From assembly GCA_963755715.1 (NCBI GenBank), contig CAVWLW010000076.1:1-64000 (forward strand): 64,000 bases of DNA, given 5' to 3'. This DNA comes from an uncultured delta proteobacterium. GTDB taxonomy: Bacteria > Desulfobacterota > Binatia > UBA9968. The notes beneath the pieces were generated by a model that ran no database searches, had not been told where the DNA came from, and saw only the letters and a program-made list of their open reading frames with translations. Of this stretch, positions 10,563-22,351 are shown piece after piece. How positions within the stretch are numbered: the stretch's first letter is position 1; every line of letters begins with the position of its first letter. Made by a program: the position numbers and the translations under genes.

Positions 10563-12425
10563 TTACCGCCCGGCCTGAGCCTTCAGCGCTTTGAGTCTCG
10601 GCTTCGCTGCGCGGCGTCAGGACCGCAACTTTGCGGCCTCGCTCGTACGGAATAATCACCCGGAGCGGCTGGCCGTTGCGTTCGAGCAGCGAGATGTGAC
10701 GGGACTCGGTGCCGCGCGTCGGCAGCTCGAACAGCGTCCACTGATCCGGTGCTCGGATTGTACTTCGCGACTTTGTCCGTGCTCCAAAGGTTGGTCCACA
10801 CGTTGTGTTCTTTGTCCACGCCGATTTGATACGGTTGGTGCGCTTCCGGATTCGGCAGCGGGATGAGCGTGGTTTCCTTGGTGTGAATATTGATTTTGGC
10901 GAGCGTGCCGCCGAACGAGTTGCCGACATAGACGTAATCGCCGTTCTTGTCGGCGCCCATACGCCGCGGCGCCTGCGCCCAGGCGAACGGCGTATTGAAA
11001 TCCGGCGGCTGAAAAGTCTCGTACATTTTCATTTGCTCGGGCGTCAGGTTCTCCATGACCGTTTTCTCCGGCGGGAGTTTGAACTCGCTGCTTTTGCCGG
11101 TCTTGATATCGCTGTAGTCGATCAAGTCCTGCGCCATGAGGAGCCACCAGCCGTTGCCCGTCCGATCTGCCGCGAGGCCATAGACGGTGGCGGTGCCTTG
11201 CTTATTTTTATAGGTCACCGATTTGAACTCGGTGAATTTCTCGTCCTTGATGTTGAACCGCAGAGCGCCGTCCGGCGCGGTGACCCAAACGTTGCCGTTC
11301 AAGTCGGCATCCAGAGTTCCCGCCGTGCCGGACATCGGCTCGGGCGGAACATAGATCGTGATTTTCTCGGTCTTGGGATCGATTTTGGCGAGGCCGCCGC
11401 GGCTGCGCTGCACGTTCGATCGGGTATTGAACCAGAGGATGCCGTTTTCATCTCTCGTGATCCCGTGGGTGCCGACGGCGATGCCCTTTTGATCGTCGAG
11501 CTTGAAATGTTTTACCGCGCCGGTTTTGCCGTCGATGCGCGCGATGGTGGTCTCGAGACTGGTGTGCGCATGGGTGATCCATAGGTTGCCGTTGAAATCC
11601 ATTTGCGCGTCGTGCGGGCCGGCGACGTGGTTCATGCTCGATCCGGTGCCGAGAGACCAATCGCTGCCGTCCATCGATGCCACATGGCCGTGTTCCATCG
11701 GAAAATCATATTCCTTGATCACCGCGCGCGCCGCTTCGCCGGTCGGACGCGGGCGCAAGTTGAACTTCATCGAGGTTTCACCCGGACCGCGCGCATGGGT
11801 GAGATAGGCTACCAATTCTTTCTGGTGAAATTCGATATTGGGCGTCGCTTTGTGCTCCGGCCCTTGATAGACGCCGAGCACATTGACATGCTTCATCAGA
11901 TCTAAAATCTTATTCCAACCTTCTGCGTCGAAGCGGTGCTGCAGCGGATAGCTTGCGCTGTGGCAGCCGGTACAATTTTTCCGCACCTGAGTTTTCATTC
12001 GGTAATCTTCCGGGGTATCGCCAGGAAGGGCGGCGAGAAACTCATCGCCGGGCAATTGCCGAATCCAATCCTCCTGGTTTTTGATCGGCTGCAGGACGAA
12101 ATCGCGGCGCGTCTTTTTTTTCAGTTCGGCGCTGCCGTCGGCCGCGTTCGTAGGTTAACGCTTGCGCCCAGACGCGATACTTACCGTTAGCCAGTGGCGG
12201 GAAATAATAGTTGCCGGTCTCGTCGGTAAAGACGCTCGTGGTGACGGTCGAACCTTCCGCCTTGGCCGATACAGTTACGCCGCCCATCTTCTCGCCCGCC
12301 GCTGAGGTGACGGTCCCGGTAAGCAGTGAGTCGGCTCGAGCCGCGCCCGGAAAAAATCCGGTCGTACCACAAACGATGACGAGGACGATCAAGCTGGCAG
12401 CAACGGAGTGAGCTTTAGTTTTCAT
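10563..12425 (-). CDS. Secreted protein: carboxypeptidase-regulatory-like domain + c-type heme + Vgb/NHL-like beta-propeller; indels near 12140, 10744 and 10590
   Basis: Signal peptide; LTGTVTSAAGEKMGGVTVSA...TDETGNYYFPPL; CTGCH; repeated DxxGxxW propeller blades. Confidence 0.8.
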
Positions 12426-12462
12426 GGAATGACTCCTCAAGTGAGAGCAGGTCGCGATATCG

Positions 12463-12840
12463 TTACTGAGCCGGCGTCGGCGCCTTGGTCGCTGTCCGGG
12501 CGGTGGGAAGGTCCTGCGTGCCGGGCGGCAGCGTCTTGACGTAGGCGGCGATGGCGGCGATTTGCTCCGGGTTGTAAGTGTATTTGAAGCCCGGCATGCG
12601 CGCTGTGCCTTCGCTGATGAACTTACGCAGGAGGTCTTCCTGCCCGCCCAGATTCAGTCGAGAAAGCTCGGGTCCAAACATGCCGGATGTCAGAGTCGGT
12701 CTGGTGTGGCAGACGCCGCACGATTGCTCGAACAGCCTTCGGCCTAATTGCTGCTGTGCGTCAAGATGATTTTCCGCGGCAAATAGGTCTTGCGCCATGC
12801 CGGTCACAAAGAATACAGCGATCCAGACAACACGCTTCAT
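12463..12840 (-). CDS. Monoheme cytochrome c
   Basis: Signal peptide, GRRLFEQSCGVCH, GPEL, MPGF axial Met, IAAYVKTL. Confidence 0.9.
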   Translation of the reverse strand: MKRVVWIAVFFVTGMAQDLFAAENHLDAQQQLGRRLFEQSCGVCHTRPTLTSGMFGPELSRLNLGGQEDLLRKFISEGTARMPGFKYTYNPEQIAAIAAYVKTLPPGTQDLPTARTATKAPTPAQ

Positions 12841-13003
12841 CTTTATTCCTTTCCACGCCGGTTTTGACCGGAGCGTAGCCGCGCCAATGGCTTTCTGTCA
12901 ACCTCGTTTTGCGCCGTATAAAATCATCGGCGGCACTCCGTTGTCCGTAGCCTGCATCGGAAACGAACTCGCGAATCCCCGCGCGCTCGCGTTGCCGAAG
13001 CAC

Positions 13004-13768
13004 TCATCGACCCGGCTCCATACCGCGCTGCTTATAGACCGCCGCAGCTTCGGCTGAAGACAAATAGCGCAGCAACGCTTGGGCGGCGTCGGGCTCCTGT
13101 GTGTGTGCAGATACATAACCGACGAGAACAGTCGGCGTCGAAATGTCGCGCGGCAGTGGGCCGACGACTTCGACCCCGGGTTCGGTGATGATCTCGCTGA
13201 TGAAAGTCAGGCCAATGTCCACCTCGCCTTTGGCGAGCAGCTCCATCGCGCCTCGGCCGCCCTGGGCGATCTTGATCTTCGGTTTCATCGCGTCAGCGAT
13301 GCCGAGCTTTTGCAGGGTCTCGTTGAAACTGACGCCTGCCGCGGCGCCGCTCGCGGCGTTGGGATACGCAATGGCTTTCGATCCGAGCAGAAGTCGCTTG
13401 ACCGCATCCGCGCTCGATATGTCGGGCTTCGGGGTGCCGGTTCTCACGGCGACACCGACGGCGACGAGAGCGAGCGGCGTCTCGCTCGCGGCCATGACGT
13501 GACCCGACGCAACCACGGGCTCCAATGGCAATTGCACGATCGGCACATCGAACGGTTCGCCCTTGATGACTCGCTCCTTGGTGCCGCCGCCGGAACCGAA
13601 AGTCGCCTTGACTTTGTGCCCCGTCGCCTTTTCGAAAGCCGGGATCATTTGATCCACGGCGGCGCGGATGCCGCCAGGGGCGATAAGCGTGACTTCGGCT
13701 GCGCGTACGGTACTGCTCATCGATACGATAGAGATAGGAATAACAGCCCACAGGAGAAATTTATTCAT
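13004..13768 (-). CDS. ModA-like (SBP_bac_11) substrate-binding protein
   Basis: Signal peptide; FEKATGHKVKATFGSGG, PDISSADAVKRLLL, LAKGEVDIG, GVEVVGPLP. Confidence 0.8.
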   Translation of the reverse strand: MNKFLLWAVIPISIVSMSSTVRAAEVTLIAPGGIRAAVDQMIPAFEKATGHKVKATFGSGGGTKERVIKGEPFDVPIVQLPLEPVVASGHVMAASETPLALVAVGVAVRTGTPKPDISSADAVKRLLLGSKAIAYPNAASGAAAGVSFNETLQKLGIADAMKPKIKIAQGGRGAMELLAKGEVDIGLTFISEIITEPGVEVVGPLPRDISTPTVLVGYVSAHTQEPDAAQALLRYLSSAEAAAVYKQRGMEPGR

Positions 13769-14594
13769 GGTGTGTCTCTCGTCGATTCTCACGGCCAACA
13801 GAAGCGCGAATCAGAACCGGGCATTGACCACTTCGCCATGTATTCGAAAAAGTTTTTCACGCTAATCAGTTCTCAATGAATCCGGCTGTTTATGATAACG
13901 AAGACCTTATCTACACTTCCAGTGCCTCGGGAATCAATCTGTTTTTTTCGTTTAATTTAGTTCTCCGGGCAGCGGTTAAAGTCGCGAGGCCGGTCAATCG
14001 TTGAATAATCAGTTGCTGCGCATCGCCGTCAGCGGCGACGCGATGTTGTTTCACATCGCGCAACCAAGGAAGCGCTTCTTCATTGGGCTTGTTTGAATAC
14101 AACTCGCATCTGAATTCGGCCTCGTCATCTATGGCGTCGTGCTCACGGCTGCGGTCCGATCAGGGGCGTGGTTTCGTCAATAAAGCGCAGGCTCCGTCAA
14201 GCGAGTGCATCTAAGGGACGAGACTTTTGGCAATTTGGCAAACGCGGCGGGGCATAGCTGGGGCGTGAGGATATCATTTTCAGATTCGATGATCTCTGCT
14301 AGTTCTTCCAGGACTCTACGAGTTTTTTTGGCGTCCTTTTGCTCGGGTGATCCAGGCTCGGCATGCATAGAAATCATGCACTCCTGAACTTTATAAGGCC
14401 TTTATTTACGCGGGCTTGGCTTGAGCTTGGTTCGAGTTTTTGAGTTTCTCTTTTGAAAATTCTACTGCGACGACGACAGGGTGCGAGTAAAGCTCGTTCT
14501 GCCGCGGCTGCCCTTCGGAAAATTCGTCTCCTAATTACGCTAGACTTATTGACTGGCCCCTCAGCCGTTATAAACTAAAAGGGCTGGCGAATCG

Positions 14595-17405
14595 ATGCAA
14601 TCTGACCTGACCCAAGAAATTCTAAATCTCAAAGACGGAGATCATCTCTGTCTGTTTTACGAAAAGAATCCCGCTGAACAGCTGTCCGCCCTGGTTCCTT
14701 TTATCCAAGATGGGTTATCCAAAGACGAACAATTCATTTATATCGCGGATGACCAAACCGTGGATGAGTTGGCGGATCGGCTCGAACAGAGCGGCATCAA
14801 TATCGCGACCGAGATCGATCGCGGCGCGCTCAAGCTTTGGACTCGCAAGGAATGGCGCCAGCCGGGCAGGCTGTCACCAAAAAAGAAATCGCTCCAGGTT
14901 CTCGACTTCATAAACGAGGCCGCCAACTCCGGTTTCAATGGCAGCCGCTTCGCAGTCGAAATGACGTGGACGCTTGGCCCGGATATTGGGCCGGCCGCGC
15001 TCGAAGCTTGGGAAGCCACGCTCAACACCATCTTTGTCCCAGGCTTTCACGGCCGAATCACCTGCCAATACAATCGCAGCCGTTTGTCGCCCGAAGTCAT
15101 GCTCGCGGCATTTCGCACGCATCCGCTTGCCATCCTAGGCGAACACGTTTATCCGAACTGGTTCTACGAAGCGCCGTTGATCCTCGACGGAATGGCCAGC
15201 GGCGATGGCAAATCGAGCGCCGCCCGAATGGAGTGGATGCTCTCCGTGCTTGAACGCAGCCGCGCCGCGCGCAAGGAGCGCGATGAGTTGATCGAGAAGC
15301 GGGCCGCGTTGAAGGAATCGGAATCCGGCCGAAAGAAGATCGAAAATGTTCTTGCGCTGATGCCGGCGGCGGTTTACGCCTGTGACGAGCATGGGCGGAT
15401 CAATTTTTTCAATCGCCGCGCCGTCGATCTTTGGGGGCGCGAGCCCAAGCCGAACGACGACGATCAGAAGCTTTGCGGCGCGTTCCGGTTGCCGAACGGT
15501 TCCCTATTATCGCAGAGCGAAACGCCGATGGCCCTAGCGCTCCGGACCGGCGAGCGCACGCGCAATCGCGACGTGATTGTTGAGCGTCCCGATGGCACGA
15601 AAAACACCGTCTGCATGAACATCGATCCGCTCTATGAGCCGGACGGCCGGCCGAGCGGCGCGATCGCCGTGATCCAAGACGTCACCGAATGGGGGAAAGC
15701 AGAAGAAGCCCAGAGGCGGCTCGCCGCGATCGTCGAATCGTCCGACGATGCTATCGTCAGCAAAGATCTAAACGGTATTATCACCAGTTGGAATCGAGGC
15801 GCGGAGCGGCTCTTTGGTTATTCGGTCGAGGAAGCTATCGGCAAGCCGATAATCATGCTGATTCCGCCTGGGCACCATGACGAGGAGGCGAAAATACTCG
15901 ACGCGATCCGGCGCGGCGAACGGATCGACCACTACGAGACCGTGCGCCAGCGCAAAGATGGCAGCTTGGTGCAGATTTCGTTGACCGTTTCACCTATCCG
16001 AGACGGGACGGGCGCCGTGATCGGCGCATCGAAGATCGCGCGCGATATCAGCGTTCGGATCGCAGCCGAAGTGGCGCTACGTCAGGCGGGAGAGGATTTG
16101 GCCAAAGCCAACGAAGCGCTCGAGCAACGGGTCCATGAGCGCACCGCGGAATTGGAGCAGGCCAACGCCGCGCTGCTGCGTGATATGCAAGAGCAGCGAA
16201 ACCTCGAAGAACAACTCCGACAAGCGCAAAAAATGGAAAGCATTGGCACCCTGGCAGGTGGGATTGCGCACGATTTCAACAACATTCTCAATATCGTCAA
16301 AGGCTATGCGGCGTTGATCGGCCACCATCCGGCGGCAGACTCGGCGATTGCGGAAAGCGTGTCGATTATCGATGAAAGCATCGAACGCGGCGCCGCCGTC
16401 GTGCGCCAATTGCTCACCTTGGGGCGCAAGACCGAGCCGCGGTTGGTTTCGACCGATGTCAATGAAGTCGTGGCCGCCCTCGCAAATTTGCTTAAGCAAA
16501 CGTTGCCTAAAACCGTTGACGTTATTTACGAGTGCCGCCCCCTGCCGGCTGTGCTGGCGGATCCGAATCAAATCAGCCAGGCGCTGCTCAATCTCTGTGT
16601 CAATGCTCGTGATGCCATGCCGAACGGCGGTAAACTCAGGCTCAGGACTACGGTCGCGGCCGGCGGCAAACTGCCGAATCCGACAACCCTCGGGGCGCAG
16701 GCTGTTTGTATTGAGGTTGCCGACACAGGTACGGGAATTGACACCGCTATTCGCAGTCGTATTTTTGATCCATTTTTCACCACCAAAAAGGTCGGTGAAG
16801 GAACCGGCTTGGGCCTGGCGATGGTTTATGCCATCGTCAAAAACCATAACGGCGCTATCGATTTTGACAGCGAAGCAAAACGCGGCACGACTTTTCGATT
16901 GTACTTGCCGATCTTGCCGGCACAGCAAAAGGCGGCCGGTAATGGCGCCAATGGCGCGTCATCTAAGGAACGCCAAGAATCTGCGGGCCAAAGAACTCTT
17001 CTGGTTGCCGAAGACGAGCCCGCCATGGTTCTCCTCTTGAAAAAAACTTTATCGGAGCATGGCTACAACGTGCTCGCGGCGCTCGACGGCGAGGAAGCGG
17101 TCGATGTTTATCAGCGCCATAAACATGAGATCGACGCTGTGCTGCTCGATATCGGCTTGCCCAAGCTCGCCGGCTGGGACGTGCTTTTAAAGCTCAAAGA
17201 AGAAAATCCAGACGTCCATGTGCTGGTCGCCAGCGGCTACATCGATCCGGAATTTAAAAACAAGATGCGTCAAGCGGGTGTCAGCGATTTCATCAGTAAA
17301 CCTTACATGGTTGAAACCATACTGGCGGCGCTTGCAAAGGTCCCGAAAAAATCCGGCTCACTTGAGACTCCGATTCACGTGCAAGATCTGCTCGTGAGTA
17401 CATGA
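14595..17405 (+). CDS. Hybrid sensor kinase MEDS-PAS-PAS-HisKA-HATPase-REC
   Basis: GDHLCLFYE (MEDS); two PAS domains; [10 protein letters not shown]-box; [27 protein letters not shown]; receiver VAEDE..LLDI..SKPY. Confidence 0.92.
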   Translation: MQSDLTQEILNLKDGDHLCLFYEKNPAEQLSALVPFIQDGLSKDEQFIYIADDQTVDELADRLEQSGINIATEIDRGALKLWTRKEWRQPGRLSPKKKSLQVLDFINEAANSGFNGSRFAVEMTWTLGPDIGPAALEAWEATLNTIFVPGFHGRITCQYNRSRLSPEVMLAAFRTHPLAILGEHVYPNWFYEAPLILDGMASGDGKSSAARMEWMLSVLERSRAARKERDELIEKRAALKESESGRKKIENVLALMPAAVYACDEHGRINFFNRRAVDLWGREPKPNDDDQKLCGAFRLPNGSLLSQSETPMALALRTGERTRNRDVIVERPDGTKNTVCMNIDPLYEPDGRPSGAIAVIQDVTEWGKAEEAQRRLAAIVESSDDAIVSKDLNGIITSWNRGAERLFGYSVEEAIGKPIIMLIPPGHHDEEAKILDAIRRGERIDHYETVRQRKDGSLVQISLTVSPIRDGTGAVIGASKIARDISVRIAAEVALRQAGEDLAKANEALEQRVHERTAELEQANAALLRDMQEQRNLEEQLRQAQKMESIGTLAGGIAHDFNNILNIVKGYAALIGHHPAADSAIAESVSIIDESIERGAAVVRQLLTLGRKTEPRLVSTDVNEVVAALANLLKQTLPKTVDVIYECRPLPAVLADPNQISQALLNLCVNARDAMPNGGKLRLRTTVAAGGKLPNPTTLGAQAVCIEVADTGTGIDTAIRSRIFDPFFTTKKVGEGTGLGLAMVYAIVKNHNGAIDFDSEAKRGTTFRLYLPILPAQQKAAGNGANGASSKERQESAGQRTLLVAEDEPAMVLLLKKTLSEHGYNVLAALDGEEAVDVYQRHKHEIDAVLLDIGLPKLAGWDVLLKLKEENPDVHVLVASGYIDPEFKNKMRQAGVSDFISKPYMVETILAALAKVPKKSGSLETPIHVQDLLVST

Positions 17406-17469
17406 CGGAATCGCTTGGGCGCGGTGTCCGGCCCCGGTTGTTCACGCCGTGATCTAAAAAACACCGCGC

Positions 17470-18123
17470 TCATTTGCAAAAATCCTCCGGCACGCTCGGC
17501 CTTACCGGCTCGTGGGCGAATGTTCTAACGGAACGGCGGCGGGTCGAAGCGGGCGACGCTAAATTGGCGGTGTCGATGTAATCGAGCTCCCGGTTCTCGC
17601 GCACACAACGGAGCAACAAACCGCCTCGGCTCATGTCGCCGCGGCCGATGAATTCGGCGGGAACGCGCAGGCGGCTGGCGAAAATCGGCGCGAGTATCGT
17701 CAAATATTTTCCGCTGGCAATGCTGCCAAGCAAGATCACTTCGCAGTCCGCGGCAATGCTCTGAGCCAGCGTCTTGGCGCTTAGCCGCAGCGCGGCGCAG
17801 TAGCGGCGATTCTTAAGATGGATCGGCGCCCGGCCGAAGCCGCGCAGTTTTGCCAAGCGGATCATCGAGTCGTAGGGCACCAGGCCGGCAGTCGGCGTAA
17901 TGATTAAAATCCCCGGGCAATCGGCCGGCGGTCGCGCGAAGGCTGCGGCATAGGTGAGCTTGCCGCGAAAATAGAGCGCGCTCAAAAAGCTAAAAAGCTC
18001 TCCCAACGGCACGCCCGTATCGCGTAGGCGCTGCGCCAGCGCAGAGCGGCTGTTTTTTCTGAGCAGGTAACGGGCGCGCAAGCCACCGCAATGCGCCGGC
18101 GAAAGCAAAAATATCCGGTTCAT
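17470..18123 (-). CDS. Hypothetical protein translationally coupled to PolX
   Basis: 217-aa ORF with ATGA overlap on the PHP stop; contains IFLLSPA, LYFRGKL, LLGSIASGKY, GRGDMSRGGLLLR. Confidence 0.7.
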   Translation of the reverse strand: MNRIFLLSPAHCGGLRARYLLRKNSRSALAQRLRDTGVPLGELFSFLSALYFRGKLTYAAAFARPPADCPGILIITPTAGLVPYDSMIRLAKLRGFGRAPIHLKNRRYCAALRLSAKTLAQSIAADCEVILLGSIASGKYLTILAPIFASRLRVPAEFIGRGDMSRGGLLLRCVRENRELDYIDTANLASPASTRRRSVRTFAHEPVRPSVPEDFCK

Positions 18124-19825
18124 GGGTGCACGGCTTGGGCAAATTTCTTAGCATCGAGCGTGTTGAGAACTTCGCCGCGCGTGAGCCAGCCGCGCCGGGC
18201 CATGGCGACGCCGTACGGCAAATTGTCCAGGTTGTCGATCGAATGAGCGTCGGTGGAGATAACGAATTTGATGCCGCGAGCGCGCGCCGCGCGAATCCAG
18301 CGCGGCTCCAGATCGAGCCGGCGCGGATCGCCGTTGACTTCAATGGCGCAGCGGGCCTCGGCGATGGCGTCGAGCACTTTTTCCATGCGGCAAGCGAAGG
18401 GCGGGCGCGATGGGATCAAGCGTCCGAGCGGATGGCCCCAGATTTTGAAGAAGGGCGATTTGAGTGCGCGCAGCAAGCGCGCCGTCATTTGCTCTGAATC
18501 CATTTTATGGCGCGCGTGGATGCTAGCGATGATGATGTCGAATTGTTCGAGGAAGGAGTCGGGATAATCGAGCGAACCATCGGCGAGAATGTCCGATTCC
18601 GTGCCTTTTAAAATTTTTATTTTCACCCGTTCCTGCACTCGGGCGATTTCTTCCCACTGCGCCCGCAAGCGGTCGAGGCCGACGCCGCGCGCATAATACG
18701 CGGTCGGCGAATGATCGGTGACCGTCAAATATGCCATACCTCTCGCTTCGGCGGCCAAGGCCATCTCTTCGATGCTGTTGTGGCCGTCGGAATAGACGGT
18801 GTGGCAATGCGTCATGCCGCGAATATCTTCGAGCGTGAGCGGCTGGGACAGGTTTCCCGAGACGGCGGCCTCGATCTCGCCTTCGTCTTCGCGCATTTCC
18901 GCCGGGATGTGCGGCAGTCCCAGGCGCTGATAGATTTCGCTCTCGTGCTTGATCAGGACCGGCCGGCCTGTATTCGGTTCGGGAAAAAGCTCAATCCTTG
19001 AGAGCGCGCTAGATCGCGAATCTTGGCGACGTGGCGGCGCGAGCCGGTCTGCGCCAAAAGCGCGCCGGCGTAATCGTCCGGCTTGACCACGACGATCTCG
19101 GCTTGCAGCCCGTTGGCCAGGCGCCCGCGACAGTGACTTTCATCAAGCTCATCGGTACGGGCCAGCGCCGGAAAGCCGAGAAAGTGATCGAGCACTTCTC
19201 TCGGCTGATCGCTCGCAGCGACGATGACAATCCGCCGTAGGGTTTCCTGGCGCCGCCGCAGGGCGCCTGCGATGTCCGCTTCGATTAGCTCTGGGGAGCC
19301 GCGCAGGTGGCGCAGAATTCGTTCCGCTTCTTCGAGCGCATGATTGAGCGGCACAGAATTATCTTTGGGGATCTCGCATTTTTCGATGTCGGCGAGCAGC
19401 TTTGCCTGCGACTTCAAGCCAAAGCCTTTGACCTTGCTGACTAGACCTTCCTGGCAGGCGGATTTCAGATCGGCGATGCTCTCAACGTGCAGCGCATCGT
19501 TGAGCGCGATGATTTTCTTGAGACTGAGTCCGGAAAGCGCGCTGAGCTCGACGGCGCCGGGCGGCAGCGCTGCACGCAACTGCTCTAGCAGATAGCATTC
19601 GCCGGTGCGGTAAATCTCCTCGATAATCGCCGCGAGCGCTTTGCCCACGCCGGGGATTTCTTGCAGACGCCCGGCTTTGACGAGCGCGTCGAAATCACCT
19701 TCGAGATTTTCCAAAGCGCCCGCGGCGCGCTCGTACGCTTGGGCCTTGAAAAGATTCTCGCCCTTTATTTTAAGAAGCCGGGCGATTTTCCTTAAATCAG
19801 CGGCAACTGCAAATCGATCCTGCAT
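18120..19825 (-). CDS. polX: DNA polymerase X / PHP 3'-5' exonuclease, non-canonical polymerase site; frameshift near 18955
   Basis: GENLFKAQAYERAA, IPGVGKAL and VKGFGLKS HhH motifs; PHP HCHTVYSDG, TDHS, GTESDI, EVNG, STDAH. Confidence 0.88.
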
Positions 19826-19903
19826 GACTTGGACAATTCTATAACTACTTTCCGTTATCTCAAGTCGGCCGGCGAGCCGAGGGATCGAATCAACGCGTCG
19901 CGC

Positions 19904-20044
19904 CGCGGTGGTGGTTCAGTTTCAATCCGCCGTGAGTCTTAACATCGAGAAAGATTTCTCGCTGCCGCTCGAAATGACAACTAAATAAGCATTTGTCATC
20001 TCGAACGAAGTGAGAGATCTTTCTTAAACTGAACCACCACCGCG
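19904..20044. mobile_element. MITE-like element enclosing an inverted REP pair
   Basis: Perfect 19-bp IR CGCGGTGGTGGTTCAGTTT / AAACTGAACCACCACCGCG; internal AGATTTCTCGCTGCCGCTCGAAATGACA / TGTCATCTCGAACGAAGTGAGAGATCT. Confidence 0.75.
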
Positions 20045-20113
20045 CTCGCCAAGCTGGACATTTTACTGTGCTTGGGATAAGCGGGGCATATCGTATTGAC
20101 CCCAGGAGCGACG

Positions 20114-21110
20114 ATGGAACGGCGCACGATCATCATCTCGCTGACGGTTTTTATTGCTGGTGCTACTGAAGCCGGCGTTTTCGGCTGAAACGCCGTCGAA
20201 GATTATCAACGTCGCTGTGCCGGCGGTCTCGCTGCTCCAGGCGCCGCTGTTCGTGGCCATCGACGCCGGGTCATTCAAAAAATACGGTATGGAAGTGCGC
20301 TACATCGTCACCGGCGCGCGGACCATTCAGGCGCTGGTCGGCGGCTCCGTGCAATTTGCCCAGGGCGTGTCCAGCCGCACGGTTCCCGCCGCGGTGCTGG
20401 CTGGAGCGGACGCGGTATTGATCGCCAACTTCAGCGATAAACTGCTGTTCACACTTCATGGCGCGCCGGAAATCAATTCGCTGAAAGATTTAAAAGGAAA
20501 AGTGGTTGGCGTCTCCGGCCTCGGCGGCAGCACCGACTTCGCCACGCGATTGGCGCTCCGCGAAGCGGGACTCGTTCCCGACAAAGACGTGGCCATCCGC
20601 GGCGTGGGCGGCGCGCCGGAGACCGTCGCCGCGCTCAAGGCGAAAGTCGTGCAGGCGGGCACCCTTTCACCGCCTTCTTCATTTGTGGCGAAGAAAGCCG
20701 GCTTTAAAATTTTATTCGATATGTCGAGCCTCGGCGTCGATTATGTTTCGTCGGGCCTGGGAATTAAAAAAGCTTCGCTTGCGGCGAATCGGTTGGAAGC
20801 CAAACAGTTTCTCATGGCGATGATCGAGGGCGCGAAGATTTTGACGCGCGATGAAGAGTTTGCCCTGCGCGTGCTGACCAAACACACCAGAATTTCGGAT
20901 CGCGACGTGCTGAAACAGAGCTACGATTATTTGCGGCCCTATTTTCTCAAGGTTCCTTATCCCTCGGCGCGAGCGATTAAAGATACGTTGGACGCGCTCG
21001 CCAAGGATTTACCCAAGGCAAAAGACGCCGACCCGAGAGATTTCATCGACAACTCGGTTTTGAAAGAGATCGAGGCGAGCGGCTATATCGAGGTCGTCTA
21101 TGGAAAATAA
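20114..21110 (+). CDS. ABC substrate-binding protein, NMT1/SsuA-like (probable indel in signal peptide)
   Basis: RBS AGGAG before ATG 20114; PLFVAIDAGSFKKYG, LKDLKGKVVGVSGLGGSTD, DFIDNSVLKEI. Confidence 0.85.
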
Positions 21111-22258
21111 ACCCTATCGATTCATTTCGGCTGACGATCACATCGATCTGCGTTGGCTGCCGAAGGATCTTTGGCGTGAACGCCTGCCGATGCGGCTGCG
21201 CGAGCGCGGCCCGCATGTGATCGAAAATGAGAAGGGCTCATTCTGGACCTGGGAAGATCAACTCTTCAGCCCGCATGGTTACTACACGGCGGCGCAGGGC
21301 AGCGGCGCCATGTGGGCGATCGAACGCGGCGGCGTGATGCGCGAGGGCGAGCTTCGCCCGACTAACGCCGAGCTTCGTCTGGTCGATATGGATCATGACG
21401 GCGCCGAGGCGTCGGTTATGTACGGTCCGACGGACCCCATGCCGATTGCTGACCCGGAGCTCAGGCGCGCCTGTTACGAAGCTTATAACGATTGGCTAAT
21501 TGACTTCTGCGCCGCCAAGCCCGAGCGCCTGATCGGCGTCGCGCAGCTCTCGTTGGAGGACCCCGAGGCGGCGCGTGGCGAGCTCGAACGTCTGGCGAAA
21601 CGGGGCGGCCTGCGTCACGTCAATATCCTAGCCTCGCGCGCGAACCCGCCGGTGTACGATGATGCTTGGGAGCCCTTCTGGACGCTCGCGGAAGAAGTCG
21701 CTATCCCGATCGGGTTTCATCTCGCTGTCCTGGTCAAAAAGACGCGTCTCGATGCCGGCGATCCCAGCGGCGCCAATCCGGCGATCGCGATCGCTTCGCG
21801 CTTTGCCAAAGAGCCGCCGGGCGTTCAGCTGCTCGAACCCATCACCGGGCTTATTTTCGCCGGCGTTTTCGATCGCCATCCGGGCGTGAAGATCGTCATG
21901 GCCGAGGCCGGACTCGCCTGGATACCGAGCATGATCCAAGGTCTCGACATCTGGTATCAGCGCAGCCGCGACGGTCGCCGGCTCTCCGGCGACGGTCCGA
22001 TCGCGCTTCCTAAATTGCTGCCAAGCGAATATTTCCAACGCCAGATCTGGATCAGCTTCGTCGATGACCCGCTCGGCGTGAGAATGGTCGGCAGGCGTCC
22101 TCGACCCAGACAAAGTGATGTTTGGTTCCGACTATCCGCATCCGGCGAGCACCTGGCCGTACTCGCAGCAAATCATCGAGGAGCAAGCGCATCATCTATC
22201 GGCCGACGTGCGGCAGAAAATCTATCGCGATAACGCGCGCTCTCTATTTGGATTTAGC
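21100..22258 (+). CDS. Amidohydrolase_2 family protein; frameshift near 22090
   Basis: ISADDHI, YNDWLIDFCAAKPERLIG, GFH, AEAGLAWIP, and MFGSDYPH in the shifted frame. Confidence 0.88.
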
Positions 22259-22351
22259 CGCGGCGTCCTTGGTGTTTTTGCGTTGGCTTAGCCCGATCGT
22301 CACTGAGTCACTGATGGTCGCGCTGGTTCAATCGATTGAGAAGGGGATCCC

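Noticed and set aside
13880-14590. Short ORFs 13911-14102 and 14177-14377
   Set aside because: No recognisable motifs; coding status cannot be supported.
16077-16928. Long antisense ORFs such as 16077-16928, 10805-11584 and 13079-13879
   Set aside because: These are shadow frames of well-supported genes in GC-rich DNA.
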